DNA from: Eubacteriales bacterium
GTDB lineage: Bacteria > Bacillota > Clostridia > Oscillospirales > CAG-272
Assembly: GCA_045617585.1 (NCBI GenBank)
Contig: JAZLIW010000015.1
Span: 689 to 64,688 of the forward strand
Reading direction: 5' to 3'
DNA length: 64,000 nucleotides
This document shows positions 53,671 through 63,254 of the stretch, in pieces. Numbering within the stretch: the first letter of the stretch is position 1; each line of letters begins with the position of its first letter. The notes beneath the pieces were generated by a model, which was given only the letters and a program-made list of their open reading frames with translations, searched no databases and was not told where the DNA came from. The translations under genes were made by a program, and so were the position numbers.

Positions 53671-55038
53671 ATGACTGTAAAAACCATCCTCGCCAGCGAG
53701 ATCGCCGTTCTCGACTCCGACGTCAGAAACGGCGGCGGCACCGACGTCACGAAAGAAATACAGAACGCGCTCGATGAAGCGAAGCGTTCGGGCGGCGTCC
53801 GTTTGATCATGGACGGCGCGGCGCTCGTCTCCGAGCTCGTCGTCCACTCGAACACGACGATCGAATGCCTCACCTCCGACTGCGGCTTCTTCCAGAAGGG
53901 GCAGTCCAACCATCCGCTGATCCGCAACGAGATCTGGGACCGGAAGGAACGCACCGCGAGAAACATCTCCCTGATCGGCGGCACCTACAACGGCAACTGC
54001 ATGGATCAGATCCACGATTATCCCGAGGACCCGTGGATGAACGGCGCAAACAGTTTTGAAGGGCGTCACGGCACCGTTCCGATCGAATTCTGCGGCGTCG
54101 AGGATCTGCTCGTCCGCGGCATCCGCATCGTCGACTTCCGTACCTACGCCTTTATGCTGACGAATTTCCGGAACTGCACCATCGAGGATTCGTGGGTCGA
54201 TCTGCCCCACCGGATGCACGCGCAGAATCAGGACGGCTTCCACTTCTGGGGACCCGGCGAGTTTCTGACTCTCCGCAACGTCGGCGGCAAGGTCGGCGAC
54301 GACTTCATGAACATCGGTCCCGACGAGGGGGACGGCGTTTCCTCGATCACCGACGTACTGGTGGACGGCGTCTTCCTTGACGACGCGGATCAGGCGATCC
54401 GCATCCTCTCCCGCGGCACCGGCCTCTGCGACCGCGTCACGATCCGCAACGTGTCCGGCTCTTACCGTTCCTTCGGCTTCTATATCAACTCGTGGTTCCC
54501 GGACACGACGGCAGGCAACTTCGGCGATATCTTCATCGAGAACGTCAGCCTCACCCACACCGCCCCGAACTACGACTACCGCCCGCCGATGCTCTTCTCG
54601 GTCGGAGGCGATATCCGCTGCCTCACGCTGAAAAACATCCGCCACGAGTATCCGATCGATTCCCGCGCGGTCGGTGAATTCGGTTTCCCGTTCCATTCCA
54701 CGACGCCGGATACGATCGACGCCTACGTCGCGGCGGGCGGAAAGACCCACAAAATTCAGAATCTCATCATCGACGGCGTGACCGTCCTCGAAAACGGCGC
54801 CTCCGAAAATATGGAGGTTTTCTCGGTCTACGGTGAGATCGGCAATCTGGTCCTGAAAAACGTCTTTTCCGCCAAGGACGCGGGCGTGCCCCGCTCCGGC
54901 AAGCTTCTCGCGATCCACCCGACCGGCTCGGTCGATCTGCTGATCGTCAAAGACGTCGTTACGGTCGGCAGCACCCGCGCCGTCACCGGCAAGGAACGGG
55001 TCGGCACCCTGATCGAAGACGGGATCACCGAACGGTAA
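53671..55038 (+). CDS. right-handed parallel beta-helix protein (pectate-lyase-3/GH28-related), cytoplasmic
   Basis: ORF 53671..55038(+). N-terminal [29 protein letters not shown] and [10 protein letters not shown] with repeated I.N/V.L motifs. No signal peptide. Confidence 0.7.
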   Translation: MTVKTILASEIAVLDSDVRNGGGTDVTKEIQNALDEAKRSGGVRLIMDGAALVSELVVHSNTTIECLTSDCGFFQKGQSNHPLIRNEIWDRKERTARNISLIGGTYNGNCMDQIHDYPEDPWMNGANSFEGRHGTVPIEFCGVEDLLVRGIRIVDFRTYAFMLTNFRNCTIEDSWVDLPHRMHAQNQDGFHFWGPGEFLTLRNVGGKVGDDFMNIGPDEGDGVSSITDVLVDGVFLDDADQAIRILSRGTGLCDRVTIRNVSGSYRSFGFYINSWFPDTTAGNFGDIFIENVSLTHTAPNYDYRPPMLFSVGGDIRCLTLKNIRHEYPIDSRAVGEFGFPFHSTTPDTIDAYVAAGGKTHKIQNLIIDGVTVLENGASENMEVFSVYGEIGNLVLKNVFSAKDAGVPRSGKLLAIHPTGSVDLLIVKDVVTVGSTRAVTGKERVGTLIEDGITER

Positions 55039-55043
55039 AGGCG

Positions 55044-56003
55044 GTGCCCGGTTTGAATCGTCGTACCCTCCCTCAGCATATTCTTGCGCTCCTTCTGCCG
55101 CTTTCCCTTCTGCTGACGGCGGCATCCTGCATTTCCCCGTCCCCCTCGACGCCGGACGGGACCGAGCCCCCTGCCGCGGAGAACGTAACCGCGCCGGGGA
55201 CCGAGCCCGAAACGGCTCCCGAAACCGAGCCCGGAACTGAACCGGAAACGGCACCCGAAGCCGAGCCCGAGACCGAGCCTGAAACCGAACCCGAAACGAA
55301 GCCCGAGACCGAGCCGGAGACCGAACCGGAAACCGAACCCGTGACCGAGCCGGAGACTGAATCCGAAACGGAACCGGAGACGGAACCCGAGACCGAGCCC
55401 GTCCCCGCCCCGGTCGGCTATACCGCAAACGGGTATCCGATCGTGGTAAAGGACGGCGTCACCTATATCGACGGGCAGGTCATCGTCAACAAGACCTATT
55501 CCCTCCCCGAAAAATACTATATCGTTCTCGACTACGAAACGCCGGGGGACGTCTACCCGGTCACGCCCGAGACCCGCGCCGCCTTCAACCGGATGAACGA
55601 AGCGGCCCGTCTGGAGGGAATGAATCTGTACAGCGTTTCCAGCTTCCGTGATTACGCCACGCAGAACTGGCTGTACAACAGCTACGTGCAGAGCCACGGC
55701 AAAGCGTCCGCGGACCGTTTTTCCGCCCGCCCCGGTCATTCCGAGCACGAGACGGGGCTTGCCATCGACGTGATCGACTGCCATGCCGTCTTTGAAGATA
55801 CGAAAGAGGGGATCTGGCTGGCGGAGCACTGCGTCGAATACGGCTTTATCCTGCGCTATCCCAAAGGCAAGGAAGCGATCACGGGCTATATGTACGAGCC
55901 GTGGCACATCCGCTACGTCGGCTCGGAGGAGCTTGCCCGTGCGATCACCGCCGCGGGGACCATGGAAGAATATTACGGGATCACTTCGGTCTATTCCGAC
56001 TGA
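55044..56003 (+). CDS. M15B (VanY-type) D-alanyl-D-alanine carboxypeptidase lipoprotein with an (E-T/P-E-P)n linker
   Basis: ORF 55044..56003(+), with a GTG start (an alternative TTG lies 4 codons in). Lipobox LLLTAASC. Motifs [22 protein letters not shown] and EPWHIRYVG. Confidence 0.85.
   Translation: MPGLNRRTLPQHILALLLPLSLLLTAASCISPSPSTPDGTEPPAAENVTAPGTEPETAPETEPGTEPETAPEAEPETEPETEPETKPETEPETEPETEPVTEPETESETEPETEPETEPVPAPVGYTANGYPIVVKDGVTYIDGQVIVNKTYSLPEKYYIVLDYETPGDVYPVTPETRAAFNRMNEAARLEGMNLYSVSSFRDYATQNWLYNSYVQSHGKASADRFSARPGHSEHETGLAIDVIDCHAVFEDTKEGIWLAEHCVEYGFILRYPKGKEAITGYMYEPWHIRYVGSEELARAITAAGTMEEYYGITSVYSD
55196..55402 (+). repeat. in-frame imperfect 6/12-nt tandem repeat encoding the (TEPE)n linker
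   Basis: GAG/GAA-ACN-GAR-CCN units repeat about 17 times. The translation is [68 protein letters not shown]. Confidence 0.85.
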
Positions 56004-56014
56004 ACGGTCCGGTC

Positions 56015-56059
56015 AGCACGCCGCCGAAGGCAAACCGCTCCGGGCGGCGTGCTTTTTCT
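56015..56059 (+). terminator. rho-independent terminator after the M15 gene
   Basis: AGCACGCCGCC (56015-56025) pairs with GGCGGCGTGCT (56043-56053), followed by TTTTT. Confidence 0.75.
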
Positions 56060-56080
56060 GACGTTGAAAGGAGCATCACG

Positions 56081-57790
56081 ATGGAAAAATATGCCGTACC
56101 CTATCGGGTATCCGCGCCAACCTGCGGCGTCCGCCTGACCGGAGGCAGACTCGGGCGGGCGTTCCGGAACAATATCGCGTTTCTGAAAGGCTTCGATACC
56201 GACCGCATCCTCTATTATTACCGCGTCCACGCGGGAAAGGCCGCGCCCGGCGTCCCCTACTGCTGGCAGTCGGGGCACTTTGAGCGCAATCTCAAGGGGC
56301 AGACGGCGGGCGAATTCCTGATGGGCGCCGGAACGACCCTGCTCTGGCAGGAGGACGCCGTCCTGCGCGGCAGGATGGACCGAATCGTAAATGAGATCGC
56401 CGCCTGCGGCGACCCGGACGGGTTCCTTCTGCCGATCACACGGGAGGAATGGCGCACGAAGGAATACCCGAACTACACCCGCGCGTGGATCACGTTCGGA
56501 CTTCTCGACGCCGGTTACGCCGGGAACCCGGACGCCTTCCGTCTGGCGCGGAGCATGACCGACTTCTTCAATTCCTGCGACCTTCTCCCGTCCGTCAAGG
56601 ATATGAACCTCGGCTTTCAGGGACTGCTGATCGGAACGCGCGTCTACGATTCCCCGATCGGGAAAAGAGAAGACGTCGACGTGACGGTCCGCGCCTACGA
56701 GGAACGCTGGTGGCTGGAGCAGTGCATCGCCGAAGATCAGCGCGCGATCTACGCCCATCCCGGCAACCATCCGCACTCCACCCTGCTGACCACGCTCGAA
56801 GGCTATCTGGACCTCTATCGGGTCACGGGAGACGGGACCTATCTGCGGGCGGTCCGCGGCGCGCTCCGGATGTACGAGGACAAGTGGCAGCACGTGGGCG
56901 GCGGCATCAATATGTGCGAGATGGATACCTTCTATCCCGGCTGCAACTGGCTGAGCCCGAAACACAACTACAACGAGCTCTGCTCCACGAATTTCTGGGT
57001 CCTCCTGAACCGGCGGATGCGTCTGCTCGAGCCGGAAAACGCGCACTATGCCGACGAGATCGAAAACTCGGTCTACAACGTGCTTCTCGCCTCGCAGGTC
57101 GGCAGCAAGGGCTTCCACTACCTGAACTTCCTCGAGGGCGGCAAGGACTCCCGCTATCTCGACCGCTGCACCTGCTGCGCCGGACTCGGCACACGCCTCG
57201 TCGGCCTGTTCCCGCAGCTTCTGTACGCGATCGGAGACAACGTGCTTTACGCGGATCTTTACGCGGAAAGCGAGGCGGGCCTTGACCTGAACGGAAACCG
57301 GGTCGGCGTTCTCTGCCGCACCCGGATGCCGGACGGCGGCGCGGTCACGCTGACCGTGACGGAGGCGGAAAAGCCGTTCACGCTGAAGCTCCGCATTCCC
57401 CGCTGGGCAGCGGGTCCGGTCAGGATCAAAAAGAACGGCATCCCGGTCCTCACGGCGGGGCCCGGTTACGCCGCGCTGACCGGGATCACCGCGGGGGACG
57501 TCGTTTCCTTCACGCTCCCGATGGGCTTCCGCGTCACGAAATACACGGGAGGCGAGGAAATTCCCGGAAAAGACCGGTTTGCGCTGGAATACGGGCCCCT
57601 TCTCTACGCGGCGCTCGGCCCGACCCCCGTATCCGTCGCGTGGGATCCCGCCTTGCCGGAGGAAGAATTCGTTCCGCTCCCCGGAAAGAAGCGCGGCTTT
57701 GCCATGCGGCACGACGTGGCGCACGAATACCGGGCGTACGTCGATATCGGCGACGAGCCGTTCAGCGTATATCCGACCGTGGAGCACTGA
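56081..57790 (+). CDS. GH127/DUF1680 family beta-L-arabinofuranosidase-like protein
   Basis: Part of ORF 55901..57790. ATG at 56081 follows SD AAAGGAG. Motifs LTGGRLGRAFRNNIAFL, HPHSTLLTTLEGYLDLYRVTGD, NELCSTNFW and RCTCCAGLG (a Glu/Cys3 pattern like GH127). Confidence 0.75.
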   Translation: MEKYAVPYRVSAPTCGVRLTGGRLGRAFRNNIAFLKGFDTDRILYYYRVHAGKAAPGVPYCWQSGHFERNLKGQTAGEFLMGAGTTLLWQEDAVLRGRMDRIVNEIAACGDPDGFLLPITREEWRTKEYPNYTRAWITFGLLDAGYAGNPDAFRLARSMTDFFNSCDLLPSVKDMNLGFQGLLIGTRVYDSPIGKREDVDVTVRAYEERWWLEQCIAEDQRAIYAHPGNHPHSTLLTTLEGYLDLYRVTGDGTYLRAVRGALRMYEDKWQHVGGGINMCEMDTFYPGCNWLSPKHNYNELCSTNFWVLLNRRMRLLEPENAHYADEIENSVYNVLLASQVGSKGFHYLNFLEGGKDSRYLDRCTCCAGLGTRLVGLFPQLLYAIGDNVLYADLYAESEAGLDLNGNRVGVLCRTRMPDGGAVTLTVTEAEKPFTLKLRIPRWAAGPVRIKKNGIPVLTAGPGYAALTGITAGDVVSFTLPMGFRVTKYTGGEEIPGKDRFALEYGPLLYAALGPTPVSVAWDPALPEEEFVPLPGKKRGFAMRHDVAHEYRAYVDIGDEPFSVYPTVEH

Positions 57791-57810
57791 CCGTTCCCTG
57801 CGTTCCGCTC

Positions 57811-57839
57811 TTGACTTTTCCGCGTATCTGTGTTAAAAT
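57811..57839 (+). promoter_or_regulatory. sigma-A type promoter (TTGACT-17-TAAAAT) for the tandem beta-helix lipoprotein gene
   Basis: TTGACT at 57811-57816, a 17-nt spacer, then TAAAAT at 57834-57839. Confidence 0.7.
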
Positions 57840-57967
57840 GCCAACAGAGTTCCCGAAAAATGTCTGAAAAACGGTCTTCAGACGCCGTTTTGCCGCCCGC
57901 AAAACGAAACCGTCCCCGCCTTCGGGGAGAAAGGAAGCTTTCGCAAAACGAAAGTAATGGTCTGCAC

Positions 57968-60541
57968 ATGAAAAAAAGAGTCATCCTCTGTCTGCTGCTG
58001 CTGGCTGCGACGCTGCTCGGCTGCTTCGGCTGCAAGGACCCGTCGGGTCCCGCCGACGAAAGCGGCGATCCCGCCGGCACGACGCCCTCTCCCGCCTCCG
58101 GCATTTCGCTGGTGGACGAAAACGGTCAGCCGAAGTACCGCCTGATCCGTCCCGACGTCGCAAGCAAATACGAGATCACCGCAGCGTCCACGATCAACAA
58201 GGCGCTGGTCGAAAAATCCGGTCTGAGCTACGAATTCACGACCGACTTTGAAAAGAAGGTCGATCAGGAAGTCCTTTCCGGTTACTTTGAGATCCTCGTC
58301 GGCAATACCAACCGCGCCGAATCGAAAGCGGCGCTGGAGGGTCTCGGCGAGAACGATTATATCATCCGCATCGTCGGCAACAAGGTCGTCATCAACTCGA
58401 TGAACCTCAAGGGCGTCAAGGCCGCGGCGGAGGTCTTCATCAACGAATGGCTCGGCGACGGCAAAACGCTCACCGTCCCGGCAGGCGGAGAATCGAGAGG
58501 CACCTTCACCATTGAAGTCCAGCTCCTCACCTCCTCCGACCGTCCCTGCATCCCCGAGATGAAGTATCCCCAGTCCGACATCGTCATCGCCGATATCATC
58601 GCGACCGACGAGAAATACGGCGCTGACCCCACCGGCGAAAAGGACAGCCGCGCCGCCATCCAGAAGGCGCTGAACGAGGTCTCCTCGAAGGGCGGCGGCA
58701 CCGTCTTCCTCCCTGCCGGCAAATATCTGGTCACCGGCCCGATCAACGTTCCCGCCTTCTGCACCCTGCGCGGTGACTGGCAGGATCCCGACCTCGGCAG
58801 CGATTACGGCACCGTGATCCTCGCCGCGGTGAAGAGCGGCACCGACTTCTCCGACGCGCTCTTCACGATCGGCGGCAGCGCGGGCGTGCGCGGTCTGACC
58901 GTCTTCTATCCCGACCAGAGCCTCACCGACGTGAAGCCCTATCCCTACACCTTCTACACGAACGGTCAGGGCACCTCCTATATGCTTGCGAACGTCCAGG
59001 ACTGCACCGTCCTGAACGGCTACATGGGCATCGGCGCCTGCAAGCCCGATACCAACGCGCACGAGCAGTTCACGATCGACAACGTCAAGGGTACCTTCCT
59101 GTACTGCGGTGCCGAGGCGTACAACCAGGCGGACGTCGGAACGTGGAAGAACCTGACGATCTCGCCCGAATACTGGGCAAACGCGGGCAGCGAATATAAC
59201 GCGCCCTCTCTTGACGCGATCAAGGCGTATACGAAAGCAAACACGACCGGTCTGATCCTTGCCGGTCTCGAATGGACCGAGTTCTCCAATACCCGCGTCT
59301 CCTCCTGCAAGGTCGGCGTGGATATCGTCCACTGCAGCCGTATCCAGTTTGCCGGCTCGCTCTACGACTTCACCGTCACCGACTGCGGCACCGGTCTTCT
59401 CGTCGAAGATATGGACGACCGCTGGGGTATGGTCGTCGCCCGTTCCTCCTTCGAGGGCTCCGAGTACGCCATCCGCAACCTCACGGGCGGCAGAGTCAAA
59501 ATGGTCGACGTCAAGACCAACGGCAAAGTCGAAGGACCCGGCGAGATCACGAACGACGCGGCGGACCTGACGAAATACACCGCGGATTATACGCACAGCT
59601 ACGTCAAGCCCGAAGCCAAGCTCTACACCACCGAGCTCACCGATGGCGGTGAGACGGATATCTCCGGCGATCTTCAGCTCGCGCTGAACGAGGTCGGCAA
59701 GACCGGCGGCATCCTATATCTGCCCGCCGGCGTCTATCTGGTGAACGAACCGGTCTCCGTTCCCGCAGGGGTCGAGCTGCGCGGCGCCTCCTCGGTCGCG
59801 AACCGCTCGCAGGGCGGTCTTGACGCGGGCACGCTCATCATCACGAACTACGATCTCGGCGGCCCCGCGAACGGTACCGCGCTGATCACCCTTGCCGGGA
59901 AAAACAGCGGCATCAACGGCATCCGCATCACCTACAACAAGAACGGCCCGACGATCGCCAAATCCACGCCTTACGTCATCCGCGGCAAGGCGGAGGGCGT
60001 CTACGCAGTCAACTGCGGCATCACCGCCGCGTATAACGGCATCGATTTCACCGGCTGCGACAACCACTTTATCAAGAAACTGGTCGGCTGCTGCTACAAC
60101 AACATGATCAAGGCAGGCGGCAAGGGCGGCGTCATCGAGGGCTGTCTGCAGAACGGGACCGCGATCTCCCGCTCCAACGTTCCCGACGCGGCGGGCTGGA
60201 TCAGCGAGGGCGACCTCTTCACCATCCTCTTTGACCCGATCACCCGTCCGAACTGCGTCTACCTCATCCTTGACGGCGCGGAAAAGGAAACGGTGTACAA
60301 CACCTTCTGCTACGGCTGCAACACGTTCGTACGCACCTCCGACTCGAAGGAAGTCTTCCTGTTCAACATGGGTGCCGACAACATCGGCGGCGTGTACATG
60401 GACTTTAAGAAGAGCGACGTGACCGCCGTCAATATGATGCGCTATAACGGCAAATCCTATCAGACGGACAGCGCCTCCACGCTGCAGCTCATCAACCGCC
60501 TCACCATCGGCGACAAGAACGAAAAGATCCTGTATCAGTGA
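57968..60541 (+). CDS. large lipoprotein with two tandem pectate-lyase-3-type beta-helix domains (GH55-like architecture)
   Basis: Part of ORF 57830..60541. ATG at 57968 gives the lipobox LLAATLLGCFGC. Two copies of the module start: YGADPTGEKDSRAAIQKALNEVSSKGGGTVFLPAGKYLV and ISGDLQLALNEVGKTGGILYLPAGVYLV. Confidence 0.7.
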   Translation: MKKRVILCLLLLAATLLGCFGCKDPSGPADESGDPAGTTPSPASGISLVDENGQPKYRLIRPDVASKYEITAASTINKALVEKSGLSYEFTTDFEKKVDQEVLSGYFEILVGNTNRAESKAALEGLGENDYIIRIVGNKVVINSMNLKGVKAAAEVFINEWLGDGKTLTVPAGGESRGTFTIEVQLLTSSDRPCIPEMKYPQSDIVIADIIATDEKYGADPTGEKDSRAAIQKALNEVSSKGGGTVFLPAGKYLVTGPINVPAFCTLRGDWQDPDLGSDYGTVILAAVKSGTDFSDALFTIGGSAGVRGLTVFYPDQSLTDVKPYPYTFYTNGQGTSYMLANVQDCTVLNGYMGIGACKPDTNAHEQFTIDNVKGTFLYCGAEAYNQADVGTWKNLTISPEYWANAGSEYNAPSLDAIKAYTKANTTGLILAGLEWTEFSNTRVSSCKVGVDIVHCSRIQFAGSLYDFTVTDCGTGLLVEDMDDRWGMVVARSSFEGSEYAIRNLTGGRVKMVDVKTNGKVEGPGEITNDAADLTKYTADYTHSYVKPEAKLYTTELTDGGETDISGDLQLALNEVGKTGGILYLPAGVYLVNEPVSVPAGVELRGASSVANRSQGGLDAGTLIITNYDLGGPANGTALITLAGKNSGINGIRITYNKNGPTIAKSTPYVIRGKAEGVYAVNCGITAAYNGIDFTGCDNHFIKKLVGCCYNNMIKAGGKGGVIEGCLQNGTAISRSNVPDAAGWISEGDLFTILFDPITRPNCVYLILDGAEKETVYNTFCYGCNTFVRTSDSKEVFLFNMGADNIGGVYMDFKKSDVTAVNMMRYNGKSYQTDSASTLQLINRLTIGDKNEKILYQ

Positions 60542-60548
60542 TCGGGAA

Positions 60549-60580
60549 GCCCGGACGGGGAAAACCGTCCGGGCTTTTTC
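60549..60580 (+). terminator. rho-independent terminator after the beta-helix lipoprotein gene
   Basis: GCCCGGACGG (60549-60558) pairs with CCGTCCGGGC (60565-60574), followed by TTTTT. Confidence 0.85.
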
Positions 60581-60641
60581 CCCCTAAAATAATCACCAAA
60601 AGACTTGGGTTCCGTTCCGCAAAATCGTACACCTCAGCCAC

Positions 60642-60671
60642 TTGACAAAACCGAATGGATTATGGTAAAAT
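60642..60671 (+). promoter_or_regulatory. sigma-A type promoter for guaB (TTGACA-18-TGGTAAAAT)
   Basis: TTGACA at 60642-60647, an 18-nt spacer, then TAAAAT at 60666-60671 preceded by TGG. Confidence 0.7.
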
Positions 60672-60715
60672 GAGAGATAATCAAAAAAATATCACGTACC
60701 GAAGGAGAAGATGAT

Positions 60716-62218
60716 ATGGCTACTTATTATCAGGACGTTTCCCACACCTTCAGTGAATATCTGCTGGTGCCCGGCTACTCCTCTGCCGAATGCATTCCCT
60801 CGAACGTCAGCCTGAAGACGCCCCTTGTCAAATTCAGAAAAGGGGAAGAACCCGCGGTCTCCCTGAACATCCCGCTGACCTCCGCGATCATGCAGGCGGT
60901 TTCCGACGACAAACTCGCCATTGCGCTCGCCAAGGAAGGCGGAATTTCCTTTATTTTCGGTTCCCAGTCGATCGCCAGTGAAGCGGCGATGGTCAAGCGC
61001 GTCAAGGATTACAAGGCGGGCTTCGTGACCAGCGAATCCAACCTTCGCCCCGACGCCACCCTCGCAGACGTCCTCGCACTGAAAGAAAAGAACGGCCATT
61101 CCACCGTCGCGGTCACCGCCGACGGGACCCCGAACGGCAAGCTCCTCGGCATCGTGACCGGCAGAGACTACCGTGTCAGCCGCATGGACCCCGATACGAA
61201 GGTCAGCACCTTCATGACGCCCCTCGAAAAGCTCGTGACCGCTCCCGCGGACACCTCCCTCAAGCTCGCGAACGATATCATCTGGGAGCATAAGCTCAAT
61301 TCCCTTCCGATCGTCGACAACGACGGGAACCTGATCTGCTTCGTGTTCCGTAAGGACTACACCGAGCACAAGCAGAACCCGAACGAGCTGCTCGACGCGA
61401 GAAAGCGCTATATCGTCGGTGCCGGCATCAACACGCGTGACTACGCGGAGCGCGTCCCCGCGCTCGTCGAGGCAGGTGCGGACGTCCTCTGCATCGACTC
61501 CTCCGAGGGCTTCTCCGAATGGCAGAAGCGCACTCTCGCCTGGATCCGTGAAAACTACGGCGACACCGTCAAAGTCGGCGCGGGCAACGTCGTCGACGGC
61601 GACGGCTTCCGCTTCCTTGCCGAATGCGGCGCGGACTTCGTCAAGGTCGGCATCGGCGGCGGCTCCATCTGCATCACCCGTGAAACGAAGGGGATCGGCA
61701 GAGGACAGGCCTCCGCGCTCATCGACGTCTGCCGGGAACGCGATAAGTATTATGAAGAGACCGGCATCTACGTCCCCGTCTGCTCCGACGGCGGCATCGT
61801 CCACGACTATCACATGACGCTTGCGCTTGCAATGGGCGCCGACTTCATGATGCTCGGCAGATATTTCGCCCGCTTCGACGAGAGCCCGACCGCAAAGATC
61901 AACATCGACGGGACGCTCCGCAAGGAATACTGGGGAGAAGGCTCCAACCGCGCCCGCAACTGGCAGCGCTACGATCTCGGCGGCGCCTCCAAGCTCTCCT
62001 TTGAGGAAGGCGTAGACTCCTACGTTCCCTACGCCGGCAAGCTCTCCGACAACGTGCAGCAGTCTCTCGCCAAGGTGCGCTCCACCATGTGCAACTGCGG
62101 CGCGCTGACCATTCCCGAACTCCAGAAAAAAGCAAAACTCACCCTCGTTTCCTCGGTCTCCATCGTGGAAGGCGGCGCACACGACGTCATCCTGAAGAAC
62201 TCCGGCAAACAGTGGTGA
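60716..62218 (+). CDS. guaB: IMP dehydrogenase
   Basis: ORF 60716..62218(+), 500 aa. Motifs FSEYLLVPG and [11 protein letters not shown], a CBS pair, catalytic loop [13 protein letters not shown], and GGIVHDYHM. Confidence 0.95.
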   Translation: MATYYQDVSHTFSEYLLVPGYSSAECIPSNVSLKTPLVKFRKGEEPAVSLNIPLTSAIMQAVSDDKLAIALAKEGGISFIFGSQSIASEAAMVKRVKDYKAGFVTSESNLRPDATLADVLALKEKNGHSTVAVTADGTPNGKLLGIVTGRDYRVSRMDPDTKVSTFMTPLEKLVTAPADTSLKLANDIIWEHKLNSLPIVDNDGNLICFVFRKDYTEHKQNPNELLDARKRYIVGAGINTRDYAERVPALVEAGADVLCIDSSEGFSEWQKRTLAWIRENYGDTVKVGAGNVVDGDGFRFLAECGADFVKVGIGGGSICITRETKGIGRGQASALIDVCRERDKYYEETGIYVPVCSDGGIVHDYHMTLALAMGADFMMLGRYFARFDESPTAKINIDGTLRKEYWGEGSNRARNWQRYDLGGASKLSFEEGVDSYVPYAGKLSDNVQQSLAKVRSTMCNCGALTIPELQKKAKLTLVSSVSIVEGGAHDVILKNSGKQW

Positions 62219-62254
62219 TCCTCTGAATTTTATAAAAAAGGAGGCTTTGGAGAA

Positions 62255-63112
62255 ATGACAAAAGAAACCGTTGCCGGAATGACGTTCGACGAAGAGCGGG
62301 CGCTGTACGGCAGGACCGGGCTGCTGGTCACAGACTGTACGTTTGCGGGACCCGCAGACGGTGAATCCGCGCTGAAAGAATGCCGGGACATTGAGGTAAA
62401 GAATTGCGTCTTCTCTCTTCGCTATCCTTTCTGGCACGACCAGGGCTTTCTCCTTTCCGATTCCAGGCTGGACGATAAAACGCGTGCGCCGATCTGGTAT
62501 TCCACGCGCGGCAATATCGTCAATACCGAGATCCTCGGCGTCAAATGCCTGCGCGAGTGCCGTGACGTCCGTCTGACCGGCGTCCGCGCCGTCTCCCCCG
62601 AGTTCGGGTGGAACTGCCGGAACGTGCAGATCTATAATTCCGAGATCGAATCGGAATATTTCCTGATGAACACCGATCATGTCGAGATCTCCGAACTGAA
62701 AATGAAGGGAAAATATTCCTTCCAGTATACGAAAAACGTCGTGATCTCCGACTCCGAGCTGCAGACCAAGGACGCATTCTGGCACGCGAAAAACGTCGTC
62801 GTAACGAACAGCGTGATCCGCGGCGAGTACCTCGGCTGGTATTCCGAGGGGCTGACCCTCATCAACTGCCGCATTTCCGGAACGCAGCCGCTCTGCTACT
62901 GCAAAAACCTGACGCTGATCGACTGTGAAATGGAAGGAACCGACCTTGCCTTTGAATATTCCGACGTCCACGCGACGGTCAAGGGCAGTATCGATTCGGT
63001 CAAAAACCCGCGCTCCGGCGAAATCCGGGCGGGGAAGATCGGCGAGATTCTCTTCACCGACGACGCGATGTACGAATGCACCGCATCGGTCACCGAGGAC
63101 GAACAGAACTGA
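62255..63112 (+). CDS. DUF3737 family beta-helix protein
   Basis: ORF 62255..63112(+). Motifs ERALYG, DGESALKECRDIEVKNCVFSLRYPFWH and a repeated N/C-ladder. SD AAGGAGG. Confidence 0.75.
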   Translation: MTKETVAGMTFDEERALYGRTGLLVTDCTFAGPADGESALKECRDIEVKNCVFSLRYPFWHDQGFLLSDSRLDDKTRAPIWYSTRGNIVNTEILGVKCLRECRDVRLTGVRAVSPEFGWNCRNVQIYNSEIESEYFLMNTDHVEISELKMKGKYSFQYTKNVVISDSELQTKDAFWHAKNVVVTNSVIRGEYLGWYSEGLTLINCRISGTQPLCYCKNLTLIDCEMEGTDLAFEYSDVHATVKGSIDSVKNPRSGEIRAGKIGEILFTDDAMYECTASVTEDEQN

Positions 63113-63121
63113 ACGATACGG

Positions 63122-63170
63122 ACGGGACCGTAAGAACCGTAACGGGTTTTTACGGTCCCGTTTCCGCTTT
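63122..63170 (+). terminator. rho-independent terminator after the DUF3737 gene
   Basis: ACGGGACCGTAA (63122-63133) pairs with TTACGGTCCCGT (63150-63161), followed by a T-rich tail. Confidence 0.8.
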
Positions 63171-63173
63171 TTA

Positions 63174-63202
63174 TTGACAAGTCAGCGGCGGCGCTGTATA
63201 AT
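63174..63202 (+). promoter_or_regulatory. consensus sigma-A promoter (TTGACA-17-TATAAT) for the acyl-CoA synthetase gene
   Basis: TTGACA at 63174-63179, a 17-nt spacer, then TGTATAAT with the -10 at 63197-63202. Confidence 0.8.
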
Positions 63203-63254
63203 AAACTGTATCGAAAGACGCAGCGAATGATCGACCGCGACCGAAAGGAGCCAC

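Noticed and set aside
57830-57967. An upstream TTG/ATG start giving a 46-aa N-terminal extension on the beta-helix lipoprotein (the 903-aa ORF).
   Set aside because: The extension is K/R/S-rich, precedes a complete signal peptide and lipobox, overlaps the promoter -10 and lacks an SD. The ATG at 57968 is preferred.
60581-60715. A purine riboswitch upstream of guaB.
   Set aside because: The promoter -10 ends at 60671, leaving a ~40-nt leader. That is too short for the ~70-nt aptamer plus an expression platform, and no conserved purine-riboswitch junction sequence is seen.
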